From assembly GCA_004431415.1 (NCBI GenBank), contig QPMI01000106.1, positions 124,001 through 188,000 on the forward strand: a stretch of DNA of 64,000 nucleotides, read 5' to 3'. The position numbers and the translations under genes are program-made. Shown piece by piece: positions 49,439-62,815 of this stretch. The notes beneath the pieces were generated by a model that was given only the letters and a program-made list of their open reading frames with translations, was not told the origin of the DNA and did not search any database. The DNA is from Cyanophora paradoxa CCMP329. Taxonomy: Eukaryota; Plantae; Glaucophyta. Within the stretch, counting starts at the first letter, position 1; each line of letters opens with the position of its first letter.

Positions 49439-50433
49439 TCGATGCCGGGCTGCCGGCCCTCGCGCCCTCGTCGCGATCGGTCGCGGGCATTCCGTTGTAC
49501 AGCTTTTTTGATGAAGGTACTATATCGCGCCCCAGCTGAACGAACCGTATAAGTAGCGCATGCGCATGCTGCTTCGAGCTTAAGCTATAAGCTTGAGCTT
49601 TGAGTTTGCCACGCACTCGGCGCCGGCCCCCGCATACGTATACTGGGTATATATGCCGTGTACATGTACATGTGACATGCCATGGCCAGCTGCATGCGCA
49701 GCAGTGCGCATGCCGCGCGCGCGGCGGGTGGGGCGCGGCCGACGCCTAACTTAGTAAGCCTGGTCATGACCGCAGCCGGGCGCGCGCCTTGAGTTTGCCG
49801 CCGTACGCGAACGACCGCGGGACATGGCCCGGCGCGCGCGCCGTGCCGGTGCCGCCGCGGTCGCGCGCGCCGCGCGCGCGCCGGCGCTGGCGCTGGCGCC
49901 CGGCACGCTGCAGCTGATCATGGATCATGAGTGCCGCTCCGCGGGCCGTCGGCCTCAGTTGCCTTCGAGACCTGTATACGTAGCTATAGACGCGCCGATA
50001 TATAGTACGTGATACTATAGCTATGATAGCCGCGCAGCGGGCTCAGCGTCAGCGAGCCGCTTACATATCGTACCCCCCTCCCCTTCTCCCCCCCAAAGAA
50101 GCTCCACGCTGTGACGAAGCAACGTCCCGCCAGCATCAGCGGCGCACAAGACACTCGCCGCGGCCGAGTCGCGGACAAGCACCAGCATCCTCGCTTCTGC
50201 TAGAACTCGCCTGCAGCTGGCTTGGCGTGCAGGGGTTGGGTTAGCTAGCTTTCGAAGCGAAGAGCAACTGCAGCCGGTGACGCGGGCTCGTCAGGCGGTC
50301 TGCGGATGCGGAGATGTGGTTATACGAAGAATCGCCCCTCTGCGCCCGCTCCGGGGCGCCCAGTAGCGCCGGCAGCGCTGTCGGCAACGTGCGACGGACG
50401 CGTCACGGCCGCTCCGGCGCCGCGGCCCGCAGG

Positions 50434-53400
50434 ATGGCTGCAGGCGGTATGTCGAGGGCCGCTCTTCTTCTCTTGGCTTCAGGTGCGCTGATCGGCCGGC
50501 CGCCGCAACGAGCGGCTGCAGCTCTGGCCGCTGCAGATCTAGATCTAGATCTACAGCTCAGCCTGGGACAGTGGTCCTTTCGTTCTAAGGCTGCCGGCCC
50601 AGCCGCTCTCGCGTGCTGAAGATCTCCAGCAGCGGCGCTCCTTTCGGCCGCGCAGGCCGTCCTCCCGGGTCCGCCCAGCGACCGCTCGTGAATCTTAGAG
50701 ACATGTACACACACGCGCCCTGATCGCTTCCGGGCCCCGCCCGCGCCGCGCGGCCCGGCCGCAGTCGACCTCGTGAAGACGGTACTCCTCGACGAGGCGA
50801 CGGTGCCCCAGCAGGAACTGCCCTCCGACCGACCCTACGCCCCTGCAAACTTCGGCCCCAACTCGGCGAACTACCCGTACCCGACCCAGGTCCGGCCAGC
50901 TTGGTGACCGCTCCCGGTCGTGCCGGAAGCTCACTTACGCGCGCCGCGGCGCCGCCTCCGCAGGGCGCGAACAAGGCGCAGGTCTTCACCATCTCGCAGG
51001 GCTACGGTGCGCTCCCCCCCCCCCCCCCCTCCGCCCCTCTCCCCCCCCGCCCCTCCCCCTCCCGCCCTGACGCGGGACCCGCTCGGCTCTCCAGGCTACT
51101 TCGTCGACCGGGGGGCCGTGCGCGCCCGCGCCCGCGCCCGCCGCCGAGCGCGCGCCGCGGCGGCCCTGCGGCGCGCCGGACTGACCGTACCGTACCGTAC
51201 AGGCGTACAATCAGCGGCTCCTGCGGCGGTTCAAGATGCCGACGGCGCGGGAGGCGTCCGCGCTGGTCGAGGCGGCGTACGGCTACGACCTACTCGCCGG
51301 CGCCACGCCCGACGAGGCGGTCCAGTTCATCGAGACCGTCCCCGCCTCCTGCGGCTCCTTCGGGTGCGCGCCCGCCCGCGGCCGGCCCGCCCGTCGGACT
51401 CGGCTTAGCGGCTAAGCGGCGCGCTTGCAGGAATTTCATCGTCGTGGGGTACTACGACACGAACACGGGCGCCAACGGCGGCCTCCGCGTCTTCCCGAAC
51501 GTGCCGAACATCGCCCCCGTGCCGATCACGCTCGGCGGGCGCTCGACGGTCGCGTTCGGCGAGGCGGACAAGTCGCAGGCGCAGACGGGCTTCCCCAGCG
51601 CGGGGAACCTGCAGCCGGGCAGCCCCTCGTACTACTTCAACCACCCCGACGGCTCCTGCAAGGCCATCGTCACCACCCGGAACGCCCGCATCTTTGGCGC
51701 GGGCGGCGGCACCTCGCCAGTCCCCGAAGGCGCGCGCGCGCGCTCGTCAGGCCCGGCTCGAGCGAGCGAGCCGCCCGGCCCTGACACAACGCTAGACTAA
51801 CTAATCTTAAAGATTAAAACCACCAACTTCATTACATATGAGAGATTAAAAGTAGCGAGCCCCGACACAATTTCCGCCCGGCCCGCAGCGGTGAAGGCGT
51901 CGCTGCAGGCGGGGTCCACGTCGGCGACGACGGTGGACGCCGTCGTGGAAATTGATCTGGCAACCCTCTCCATCACCAAGATCGCCCACCCGTGCCTTCG
52001 CCCTTCTTCTAATTGGCCCTTTAACTTCGCCGCGGCTGATCATGACCGCGGCCGGGCATGCAGGTGGGACGTCTACCTGAGCGTGATCCCCGCGAACGTG
52101 CTGACGCAGGCGGAGTTCGACGCCTACCTGACCGCAAACTTCATGCAGGTGCCGTCCGGGTGCCGCCAGCCGCCCGCTAGAGCTGATAAAGAACACCGAG
52201 TGCAAACATGGCACGCGTGCCGGGCCGGGCAGCTGCAGAGCCTAGCCTCAACTCTAGCGCCGCACCTAAGCCGCCTTAGGCTGTATATTCCAACTTCTCT
52301 AACGCCAACTTCACTTCGTGCAGATGCCGTCCAGGACCCTCTCGCCCGTCGCCGCCCGCAGCGAGGACGGCGCCACGCTCTACATGGCCACGCAGGTCGA
52401 CGCCGCACCCCGCCCGGCCCACCGATCGCGAATTCGAACTCCGACGTTTTAGACAGCATCATTTCACAGCATATAATATACATTTGAACTCATATTAACT
52501 CGCCGCGCAGGTCATCGCCGCCGGCGCCTTCACCTCCGCCACCTACTCCGTGCGCCCGTGAACGGACCTAGGCCTCGCCTCTGACGTCGACGCGGCTCGA
52601 TGATATGAGCTGAGCGGCGCCGCGCCGGGCCGGGGTCGCAGATCCAGCGGCCGAACCCTTCGGGCGGCAACAGCCTCTTCAGCGTCAACAACGCCGCGGC
52701 GCCGGCGACGTCCTTCCTCCTCAAGTTCGACGTCGCGACCTTCAGCTTCGCGCTGATGGCCAAGATCTCGACGACGGACGCCGCCGCCCCCTTCGCCTCC
52801 AACACGGTCCCCTACATCGCCGAGGCCGCGAACAGTGCGCGCGTGCCCCGTTCCGTTCCGATCTTAAGCTTTGTTGTTCATCCGATCAATATCCGACTCG
52901 TGCTTGCTTGCAGTCTACATCGCGTCGACGGGGTCGAGCGTCTACGTGTGGTACCCCCTCGCCCTGACCTTCGACAACACGCGCCGCGCCGGCGTCACGA
53001 TCGCTTCGTCCATGCTGAAGCTGGACGCGGCAAGCCTCGCGCTCCTCAAGCGCAACGCCGCGACGCCCTCGCTCGACTCGGCGAACACCTTCACGTCCTC
53101 TTTCTACCCCTACGTCGGCTTCTTCGCGTTCCCGGGTACAAACTTCACCGCCTACGCGTACCGCAAGACGACCAACGCGATCGGCTCCACGGCCGTTGCG
53201 AGCGCCAAGAACGGGATCGGGTTCCTGGACAGCGGCGGGGTGGGTCTTATGGGCAACACGGAGGTGGCCCGGCTCTTCACCAGCACGGACGCCGCCGTTG
53301 GTGACGTTTTGAACGTCAACCTAGACACGCTGACGAACATGCCGAACCTTCCTCTGACGGCCAACCTCGACTCGGACGCCTTCGACGCCGAGTTTACCTT

Positions 53401-56400
53401 CGCGTTCGCCTCGTCCACGAGCAAGGACGCCGTGCGATCTCCCGCTTTCTTTCTTTCTGTAACCCCCCCCCCGCCCCTTCGTTCTCACGGCGGGGCAGGT
53501 GGGGGCCTACCTCACGGCGTTCTTCCTCACGGCGGACGGGTCGCCCTCGGCCCCCGGCGGCGCCGGCAGCACGGGGCCAACCCGCCTTCTCTCCTTCAAG
53601 TACACAACGACCACGTACCCCACGCCCTCCCCCTCCCCCTCCCCCTCCCCTCCCCTCCCCTCCCCTCCCCTTCCCCTTCGCCCTCGGCGTCCCCCTCCCC
53701 CTCCCCTCCCCCTCCGCGAGCGCCCTCGCGACTCCGTCCCCCTGGCGACGCCCTCGCCGAGCCCGACTGTACCCCCCGGGGCCACGAACGGGACGGGCTC
53801 TATCGGGTTTATTCGGGTCAACGCAACGGTCTCGGGCGCCGCGGGGGCCGGCGTGAACGGCACCGCCGGCGGCAACGGCACCACCGGCAGCTGTCCTTCT
53901 TACGGCTGTGCGCCTCCACCCCCGCCACCCGCGCGCCGCGATCCCGCACGCCGACCCCCCCCCCCCTCCCCCCCCTCCCCCCCCCCCCCGCAGACCTGAC
54001 CGGAGCCTGCACCGCGTACACCGCCAGCAAGGAGACCTGGTACATCCCGAGGTGCGCTGTACCCCTCCATCCCCCCTCCCCCCCATCCTTCTTCTCCTTT
54101 CCGACGCGCCGCAGCGTCTACGGCCCCCTGGTCCGGCGGACGCTGCAGGGAGACGAGGAGGAGGAGGAGGAGGAAGGGGCCGCGCAGGCGCGGCCGGAGC
54201 AGCAGCCGAGGAGAAGAGGCCTCCTTGCGGCGACCTGCGCGACTGGGACGCCCCTCTACGCCGTCAACGACAACGCGCGCCGGCTCTCCCGCCCCGCCGC
54301 CGAGGCCCCCGCCGACCGCCGTGCCTTCCTTCGTTCACAGGTGGCGTACAAGTACGCCGTGCGGCCGGCGCAGTGCGCGTACAGCACCGCTGGCGGCGCC
54401 TGGTACCGGGTGCGGCCGTGCCCCGCCGCCTCTAACGCCTCCCAATCCTTTCTGACGCCGGCGGCCCTCGCCGTCCGCCGCCCGCGCGCCCAGCGCGAGT
54501 GCGACGCGGCGCAGGGTGGCCTCGTCGTGAGCGCCTTCACCGCCGCCGGCTGCCCCGCCGCCTCCCTCGCCTCCTCCTACCGGTGCGGTACCCCCCTCCC
54601 CTCCTTCTTAACCCCCCCCCCCCTTCTCAAGGCGCGGCAGCATCGCGGCGGGCTGCTCGAGCGTGGCGGCCCTCCCGAAGGACATCGCGCTGTACGCCCT
54701 CGAGGGCGTGCCCCTCGAGTGCGCCCCGCACGCGTACCCTGCACCGCCTCCGCTCGCTCACCTTCTGGTGGCAGCGGCGGCGTGACGTCGCAGCGGCTGC
54801 GGGCGGCGGCGGGCGCGCAGATCGTCGTGTCGTGCTCAGTGCCCCCCGCGCCCTTCACCACCACCAACGCCGAGTCTGCGGTCCGCCCCGGCCGACCGAC
54901 CGCCCCAATTTGCGATCGGATCCCGAGCTGACCCGTCCCGCCCCGCCCCGCCCGGCCCCGCAGCAAATCGCTAAGTCCCACACTGCCTTCGTCGGCGCCG
55001 GCGTGTGCGCCCCGCCCCGCCCCGCCCCGCCCCGCCCCGCTCCTTGTTCGTTCTGCCTGACTCGCTCACTCGCGCCCCGACGCAGTGCCGCGGGCGTCGC
55101 TGCGTGCGCCCGTACCCCCCCCCCCCTTTCCCCGTGCTGCCCTCTCCGGAGCCCTCGCCGACCGGCTGCCCGGCGCAGGGGCACCGCCGGCGGCCTCGTC
55201 GCGAGCTTCGCCTCCGCCACGGGCCCCGCCCTCACGGGGTACCCCCCGCCCTCCCGTCCCCCGCCCCCCTCCGCCCCGCCTCGCCTCACCTGGCCTCACC
55301 GAAGGACGCTGACGGGGGTGGCGCCCGGGCAAGCGGTGGTGGCGGCGGCGGTGCCGGCGGCGCCGAGCGGGGCGGGGGCGCTCATCGTGCGGAGCCCCTC
55401 GAACGTGATGGGTATCGTGAACTACGGCCAGTTCATGGCCCGCCAGGTCAGTTCGCCAACCCCCCCCTTCCCCCCCCCCTGCTCTTAATTTCGAATTCCG
55501 CAGAAATTCCTCGGCGTCTCCCGTCGCATGCCCCCTGAGTACGGAAGTGCGCTCCCGCCCGCCTGATCATGAGCGCGCCTGAGCTCGTCTGAGCGCGTCT
55601 CGCCCCCCCTCCTCCAGGCTCGAAGGGGGGTATCGAGTGGATGTACGGGTTCTTCCCCCTCCCCTGGGGCGGCGGCCTCGGCGACGAGGCCGGCTGCGGC
55701 GGCTCCTACCTGCAGGTGCCCCCCCGGGGATCCCTGTACCCCCCTCCCCTTCTCATCCATCTGACCCGCCTGTACCCCCCCCCAGGCGAGCCTCTTCTAC
55801 TCGGCGGTCTTCCTGATCGGCGTCACGCTCGTCCAGCTCCTCGCCCGCGCCTTCTGTCGCTCCGTTCTCAAGCTCAGCCACGTCCCCACCGCCTTCTGGT
55901 ACCCCCCCCCCGCACCTCTCCCCCCCCTCTCTCGGGTTTCCGAGGGCTGGGCCGACCGCAGGTTCTTCAAGCCTCAGTTCGCGGTCGTCCTCTACTTCTA
56001 CGAGGGCGCGCTTGCTCCCGTACCCCCGTCCTTCGAGGTCGCGTAACCCCGTCCGACTCAATCCCCGCCAGGCTTCTGCCTGGCGGCGGCGCTGGCGACG
56101 CGGGACGGGTGTACCCAGCACTGGCGCATCGCGGGGGGCGCCCTGCTCGCCGTCATCGGCGGCGGTATCCCCCTCGCCTCGGGGTACCTCCTCTGGCGCC
56201 GCATCGTCAAGCTGCGCGAGGCGCGCCTTACCCCCCTGTACCCCTGTACCCCCCTCTCAGCGCCGGCGCCGTAACCGATGCTTCGTTCGTAGATCCAGTA
56301 CCTCTACTTCATGGAGGACGAGGACGACGACGAGGAGGAGCAGGAGGGGGCGAACGGGACGGGGCAGCCGCCGCTGGGGCGCTACGCGGCCCCCGGGGCG

Positions 56401-58325
56401 CCCCCTACCCCCCGGCGGCGCCGCCCCTGGTACCGCTCCTTCGTTCGCTTCATCCGCGACCTCGAGTTCCAGGGTACCCCCCGCCCCGCCCCCCCCCCTT
56501 TATTCTCTTTCGGACGCTGACTCGTACCCCGCCGCCCGACAGACGGGACTTACCGCCTCAACGCGCGCGTGCGCCCCTTCCGCACCTCTCCGCTCCCCTC
56601 CACTCCGAGCGGGGGCCGACGCTGGGGGGGGTACAGGCCCAGGCCCTCGAGAGGGAGCGCCCCGTCGTGTGGAGCATCGCCAACTTCGGGCAGACCTTCT
56701 CCCCCCTGTCCGCCCCGTACCCCCCTACCATCCCCACCTCCCGCCCCCTACCCCCTAATTAATTAACCCCCCCCCCAGGTACGCGGGGTTCTCGGGGCAC
56801 GGGTACGGCACCTTTTTCGGGACCTGGATCCTCGTCAAGAAGCTCCTGGTGCGCGAAACGCTGAATCGCGCCAACCGATCGTATCGACTCGGGTCGGAGC
56901 TCCGTTCTAAGACCCCCGCCGCTCCGGTCTAAGGCGTCCTGGGCTTCCCTGTGCTTTTGGGTGCTTCTGGCCCCGGCCCCCTTCTATTACTACCTGTCTT
57001 GCCTTGCTCGAATCTCCCTTGTCCTGCTGCTGCTTCTGGGCGGCTCCCCTATATATGCTTCTGGGCGCTTCTGGGCTTGGTCCGCCGCTCTAGATCTGAC
57101 GGGGCCCCGGCCCCGCGGCAGGCCGGCCTGGCGGTGGGCCTCCTGATCGACGACCTGGACGGGGTGATCAAGGCGCAGCTCGCGGTCCTCCTCGCCCTCG
57201 AGGCACTCGAGATCCTCCTCCTCCTCCTCCTCCTGCCCCACATCGAGCGCCTCGAGAACTACGTCCAGGCCCGCACGTACCCCCCCTCCTCTCTCCCCCC
57301 CTCTCTCGAGCCGTCTGGTTCAGGTGGTGGCCTGCGGGGCGCGGGTGGCGATCACCGCCCTCGAGATCGCCATCTCCTACGACTACGACCAGGTACACCC
57401 CCGCCCCCAAATATTACAAGCCCGGCTCCGATCCCGCCGACCGCGTCTGACTGACGGCGCTCGCAGCCCGAGGGCCCCCGCCTGGCGCGCGCCTGCTCCA
57501 TCATCGACAGTGCGCGCACACTCGGCGGGGCGGGGCGGGGCGGGGCGGGGCGGGGCGGGCGGGGCGGGGCGGGGCGGGCGGGCGGGCGGGGCCCCTCTAA
57601 GGCTCCTGCCCTCGATCGCGCGAGCGAGCGAGCGCCGGCGGCGCGCGCCTCTGACCGATACCGGAACAGTCGTGCTGCCGGCGCTGCTCTTCGCGAACCT
57701 GCTGCGGGCGGAGCGGGAGACCTTCTCGCTGCTCCTCCGCCGCCTCTGGGGCTCCGGCGTCCTCCTCCTCACCGGCCACGGGCCCCGCGCCGTCCCGAGG
57801 CCGACGCCCGCGCCGCCATCGCCGCCGAGTTCCGCCGGCGCGCGGCGGCCGCCGCGGCGCCCTCCCGCGCCCAGTTCGTCCAGCAGGCCCTCTTCAAGGT
57901 GCCCAAGACAGACTCAACATCCCATCGTTTGTTCGTTCGTTTGACTTTGTTGTCGTGTGCGGCAGGAGTGGTTTGAGGCGGAGGGGCGGGGCGAGGCGGC
58001 GGTGCAGCGGCCGTCGCGCCTGCGGCGGGCCGCCGAGCAGCGGCGCCTCGCCAACCGGGACCCCGCGACGCGCACCCCGGCCCACTGGCTCTGGCGCCGC
58101 TTCCAGGCCGCGGGGGGCGGCCCTCGGCGGGCCCCCGGGGCCGCCCCCGACCCCGACGCCTTCGACGACCAGGTACCCCCCCCCCCGGCCCTTTAATTTG
58201 CCCTCCCTTTCTCCCTCCTCCTCTGATCGAGGACGGGGCAGGAGCTGCGGATCGAGGCCGGGGGCGAGCTGGTCTCCGGGGACAGCCTGGAGGACGTCCA
58301 GAACTTTGGGAAGATATTCCTCTAG
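50434..58325 (+). CDS. Large multipass membrane protein with a signal peptide, a long ectodomain and a TRP/Flc(PKD2)-like TM region
   Basis: N-terminal MAAGGMSRAALLLLAS; many short exons; C-terminal TM pattern IVNYGQFMA, IEWMYGFFPLPW, LFYSAVFLIGVTLVQLL, FSPL.YAGF...FFGTWILVKKLL, AQLAVLLALEALEILLLLLLLPHIERLEN. Ends ..QNFGKIFL*. Apparent 1 bp deletion near 57795. Family call is by pattern only. Confidence 0.65.
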
Positions 58326-59037
58326 GCCCGGGCCTTAGTTAATTGTCTTTAGTTAGCTTCAATCATTTAAGATCCGGCCTTGATATCAATTGGCTTTTGA
58401 TTTGAAGGAGGCTTAAGCTTGAGAGCTTCCTCTTGCCTTTAGGCCAGGGCCTTCGCTTTGATTTGCAGGGCGCCGGCGCCGCGATCAATTTGCAGGGCGC
58501 CCGATCAAACTATCTCCTGATTCCGGGGTCCGGCACCTAACATTTCCCTTTCCGACGGTCCCTCTTTCTGCGCGTCACGTCTTTTCCCCCCCGAGCCCTC
58601 TTGCGCGGCTGGCCATGCATGGCACGTGGGTCGCAGATGATGATGCAGATTTTATCTGAATCTATAAGTGTACGTAGACTCTGAGAGTTAGGGGTTTTTC
58701 GGCTGTTTTGAATGCCATGGCGCTGCCACGCGGGGCCGGGGCCGCGGCGGGGGCCGCGGGGCATGCGCAGGCCCCACGTGCACTGCCGCCCCAGTGCCAG
58801 CCTACACATGTACACTGCCAGGGCCAGTGGGGGGTCGGATCGATTAAGGCTACAAGGAGGCTTGAAGGAGCTCGTACGGGCCGGCAAATCGGCGGCAGTA
58901 TTATAATCGACAGAAATGACTCGTCCGCGGATGGAATTCGAACGTCATAATAAGCCGGGGTCCGGGAGTGGGCCCGGGCCCGCCCGGCCCGGCCCCCGAG
59001 TCAAAAAGCGCATTAATTTCTGGCGCATTTACTTAAG

Positions 59038-59306
59038 TTTTTTTTTGAGAGACTACGGTGGGGCGAACCCCCCGTAGGTAGTGATATTAAAGACAACAAA
59101 GCAATCACAAATCAAAGATACAGTAAACTAGCACAAAATATATACAGAATCAAGAGGGATCACGAGAAAGGACACGATCAGAAGAACGCAAAAGATAAGG
59201 AGAACGAGCACGAGGAGAAGGAGTAGAAGAGCTCAAGGGCGTCGATGCAGAAGTACTAGTCACACTAGAACGACGAGGAGCACGGGGACGCAGCAAATAA
59301 GGAGAA
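59038..59306 (-). mobile_element. SINE-like family 1, copy 2
   Basis: Poly(T) tail; TSD cgcatttacttaag(t) at 59024 and 59307. Confidence 0.92.
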
Positions 59307-59462
59307 CGCATTTACTTAAGTGAATTAATGTGAATTACTTAAGTTGCTCCGGAACTTCATGTTCAGGGCCGGAAGTTGCCCGGTGTTGCCGGAACTTGCG
59401 CCCGGCCTTTGTTCAATGATTTTTTTTTCGCCTGCGCGGAGGCCGCCGCCGAGGCGCTGGCC

Positions 59463-62400
59463 ATGGGTTGCGTGGCTGCGGAGAGCTCGCGATCGGGCCC
59501 CGGCAGCGACGTCGACTGCCACGTGCACGGGGCGCTGGCGGGGCGCCTCGCGACAGCCATGTCGGACGCCCGGCTGCTCGGTACGCCCCTCTTCACGACG
59601 ATACCCGGTCGCCATCGCTTCCGCTCCATGCTGGCGGCGCTGAGGGCGGCCGGCCGGCCCCGCCTCGCTTCGGGCGTGCTCCGGGCGCTGGTGGCGGCCC
59701 TGCAGCAGCCGCCTCTATGGGAATGGACCGCCGACGAAGCCGAAGCGATGGTCGACCACGCCACCGCCCTCCTCCTGGTTCGAATTCGCGCTTCAGCTGG
59801 CCTGGCTTTGCTCTCTAGTATTCGATTCAAATTGAAGATCTAGACAACTTCGCGTGTCTTTAATGTGCATTTTGCTTGCGAGCGCAGTGCGGGACGGCGG
59901 AGGCGTCGGGAGCGCCCCCGGATCTGTTCGCGCTCTCGCTGGAGCAGGCCCAGAAGCTCATGGATCGCGTCCAGCTGCTGGGGGACGAGTTCCCGGGGGT
60001 TCGGGCCCAGGCCCTCGTCTTTCTCGCGATGGTCCTCGACCGGGTGCGTGCGGACTTTTATATTTCTAGATTCTAGATAGAACTATATCTAGCCCTTTCA
60101 TGTTTATATCTAGCTATAAGCTATAGCTATAGCTCTAGATCTAGATCTGATTGATCGATGGATCGAATGTAACGTTTCAGTCCGACGTGTACGAGGACGG
60201 TCGATTGATATCGCAGCATTAAATTTTCTCAAAGCACGATCTTATATATATTGTTCTAAATCTACAACGACGAAGCCACGCTTTGAATATGTTAAGATAA
60301 TACAACGGGAGTTTGCGATCGGCGCTGCAGCTGTCGCCGACTTGATAATTAATTATAACCGCCGCCCACTCTCGGAGGGCTCATGTGCATCGATATCACC
60401 GCAGTACGGAAAGAAGGAGGAGGCCACTGGCTTTTACTTCGAGGTTCGCGATCGAATACCACCTGTTCTCGAACTTCAAGCCAATAATAATCACAAAATC
60501 GAGTCGAGCTCGAGCCGATGCGCATGCGCGCGCATGCCCGAACCCGATTTAGGCGTGGGCGGAGCTGGTGAAGCGGCAGATGACGCCAAGCCCGCTGGAG
60601 GCCGCCCTCATCCACGACCTCGCCATCCTGCACTGTGCGATCTTTCGGCTTATATATATATATATATGTGATTACACACGATTGCTGGATAAAATCGATG
60701 ACGACCCCGACCGGTCCGGCAGTCATGCTGGGGCATTGGACTATGGGGCTCCACATCGTGGAAAAGGCTTACCACCTGGAGGGGGACTGCCCCCAGGCCC
60801 TCTACTCCCAGTTCCTGTTTATCCACCTCCAAAGTGACCACGGAATTTGAAGTCCTTGAAAATTAAAGCCTGAGTTCGAATTCCAGTAACATGTTTCGCA
60901 CGCTGACCATGATTGTCTTGTTGGCGTCATGCGCAGTGGTTGCATGCCGGTGGCAGAAAGACTTCGAAGGGGCACTTGCGGCCTCCGAGCGGGCTCTGGA
61001 GGTGCTCGAGCGGCTTGGAGGGATCAACGGATACGCGTGCGCTCGCATTTGGTCGCTGCTGCCGATCAGATCTATAGAAATCCTGCGCATGCGGTCGCTC
61101 AAAGTCGTGCATGGCCCTGCGGCCGGGCGCGCGCAGGATCCCACTGTGCCGTATGCTGCGGCTACACGCAATGAACTGCATGGCTGCGGGCCGCTTCCGC
61201 GGGCGCCCGGCACTCAAGGCGATAACGCGGGCCATACAGATCCTGCAGGACCTGCAAGACCCTTCTTCCTGCGAGCACGGTGCGCACTCATAGAATAATC
61301 ATACGCTTCCCATGGCCATGGTCGATCCATATGCAAATTAAAGTAGACTCGATCATGAACACATGCGCGGAACAGTCAACGCGTACGCCGGCGCCTGCGA
61401 TTTTAATTTTCAACGAGGAGTGTACATGTTAAAACTTCTATAGAGATGTTCCCATATCCATTACGGCAAGCACATCGCGGCCGGCTAAACGAATGCATTT
61501 ATTGCAATTGATCGCGAACGGACTTGCAGACTTTCTGCCAGACCACGAAACAGAAGCGGTGCGACGCAGCCTCAAGCTAGGACAGCGCGTGGTGACCCGC
61601 ACTCGAATCGTCGCTGTCCTCGCCCGAATTGTCACGGTCCGGCCCCCGTCACGCCCATAAGCTCGACTTCGACATAGATATCGATCTAGAGCTTCCGTGC
61701 ACGTGCCGACTGCTACCGCTGCGCATGCTGGATGCACATATATATTGTCATCGACGGATATCAATTATGTTCAGCCAACTTGTAGCTCGAATATTATTGA
61801 GGCCTGACGGGTCGGGACTAGAACTGTCGATGTACGCGTCGGAACTCGAAGATATGCTTGTTTACCCGCCCTAGGCCTTATAATTACGCTTAACCCTGCG
61901 CCGGCTCCGACGGTCCCGCCGACTCATACGCAGCACGCCGACAAGCGGAGGGCGACGCCCGGCGGCCAATCCTCGGACACCTTCATTTCCGCTCCGCCGA
62001 GTATTACCATGATTTGGGTGCGCGTGCGAGCACAGCCTGGCAGCCTAGACCTATCGGTCGTCATGGAAATTAAATGGCTGCCTACTCGACAACATTAGTC
62101 ATAATCACGACGTCGACGTCGACGCTCTTCATCCCTAGAATTCTTACATATTTAATTTCCCAGTGATTCCCACGGTGCTCGCCATATATATATGCATGAG
62201 CGCTCCTCACCCTGCCGCGTGCGCGGGCCCCGGGGCCGGCGCCGCAGGGGACGCAAAGCGGGCGCGGGAGCACTACACGGCGGCCCTGCGGGTCTACCGC
62301 GAGCACTTTCCGGACCACTTCGCTGAGGGAAGCCTCCGCGTCGTCGCCATCCGACAGGCCCTCGCCGAGCTCGCCGCGCCCAAGTCTGCAGCTGCGGCCG

Positions 62401-62696
62401 CGGCCGCAGCTACAGCTACAGCGCCTCCAAAGGCCAGCGTCAGCGCCGGCGGCGCCGTTCTTCGGGATCGAAGAAAGAATTTCGGGATCGAAGAAGCGGC
62501 CATGGCCAAGAATCCGGCGGATCCGGAGCCGCCGCCGGCGCCAGCACCACCTCCACCGCGCGGCATCGCCTCCGGGATCCTCGACCGCCTGCTCAAGCGC
62601 TCGGCGGCCCGGGCCCGCATCGCGCCGGAGACGTCGCTGGCGCCGCCGCCGCCGCCGTCGCCGGCGCCGTCGCCCGCGCGCCGAACTCCGTTTTGA
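59463..62696 (+). CDS. Multi-exon helical-repeat (TPR-like) protein
   Basis: Helical exons LSLEQAQKLMDRV..RAQALVFLAMVL, AALIHDLAILH, DFEGALAASERALEVLERL, GDAKRAREHYTAALRVYREHF; Pro-rich tail to the stop at 62696. Internal exon chain is incomplete. Confidence 0.55.
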
Positions 62697-62741
62697 ATTG
62701 ATTTCTGATCGCAATTTATTTTGCATGCAAGCTAGCGCTTA

Positions 62742-62815
62742 TTTTTGTTTTTGAGAGACTACGGTGGGGCGAACCCCCCGTAGGTAGTGATATTAAGTAT
62801 AACAAAGTAATCACA
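62742..62815 (-). mobile_element. SINE-like family 1, short diverged copy 3
   Basis: tttttgtttttgagagactacggtggggcgaaccccccgtaggtagtgatattaa...aatcacaa. Confidence 0.85.

Noticed and set aside
60670-60850. Protein-like insert (HDCWIKSMTTPTGPAVMLGHW...) within the TPR-like gene
   Set aside because: No recognisable motif, termini or TSD; cannot decide between exon and inserted fragment.
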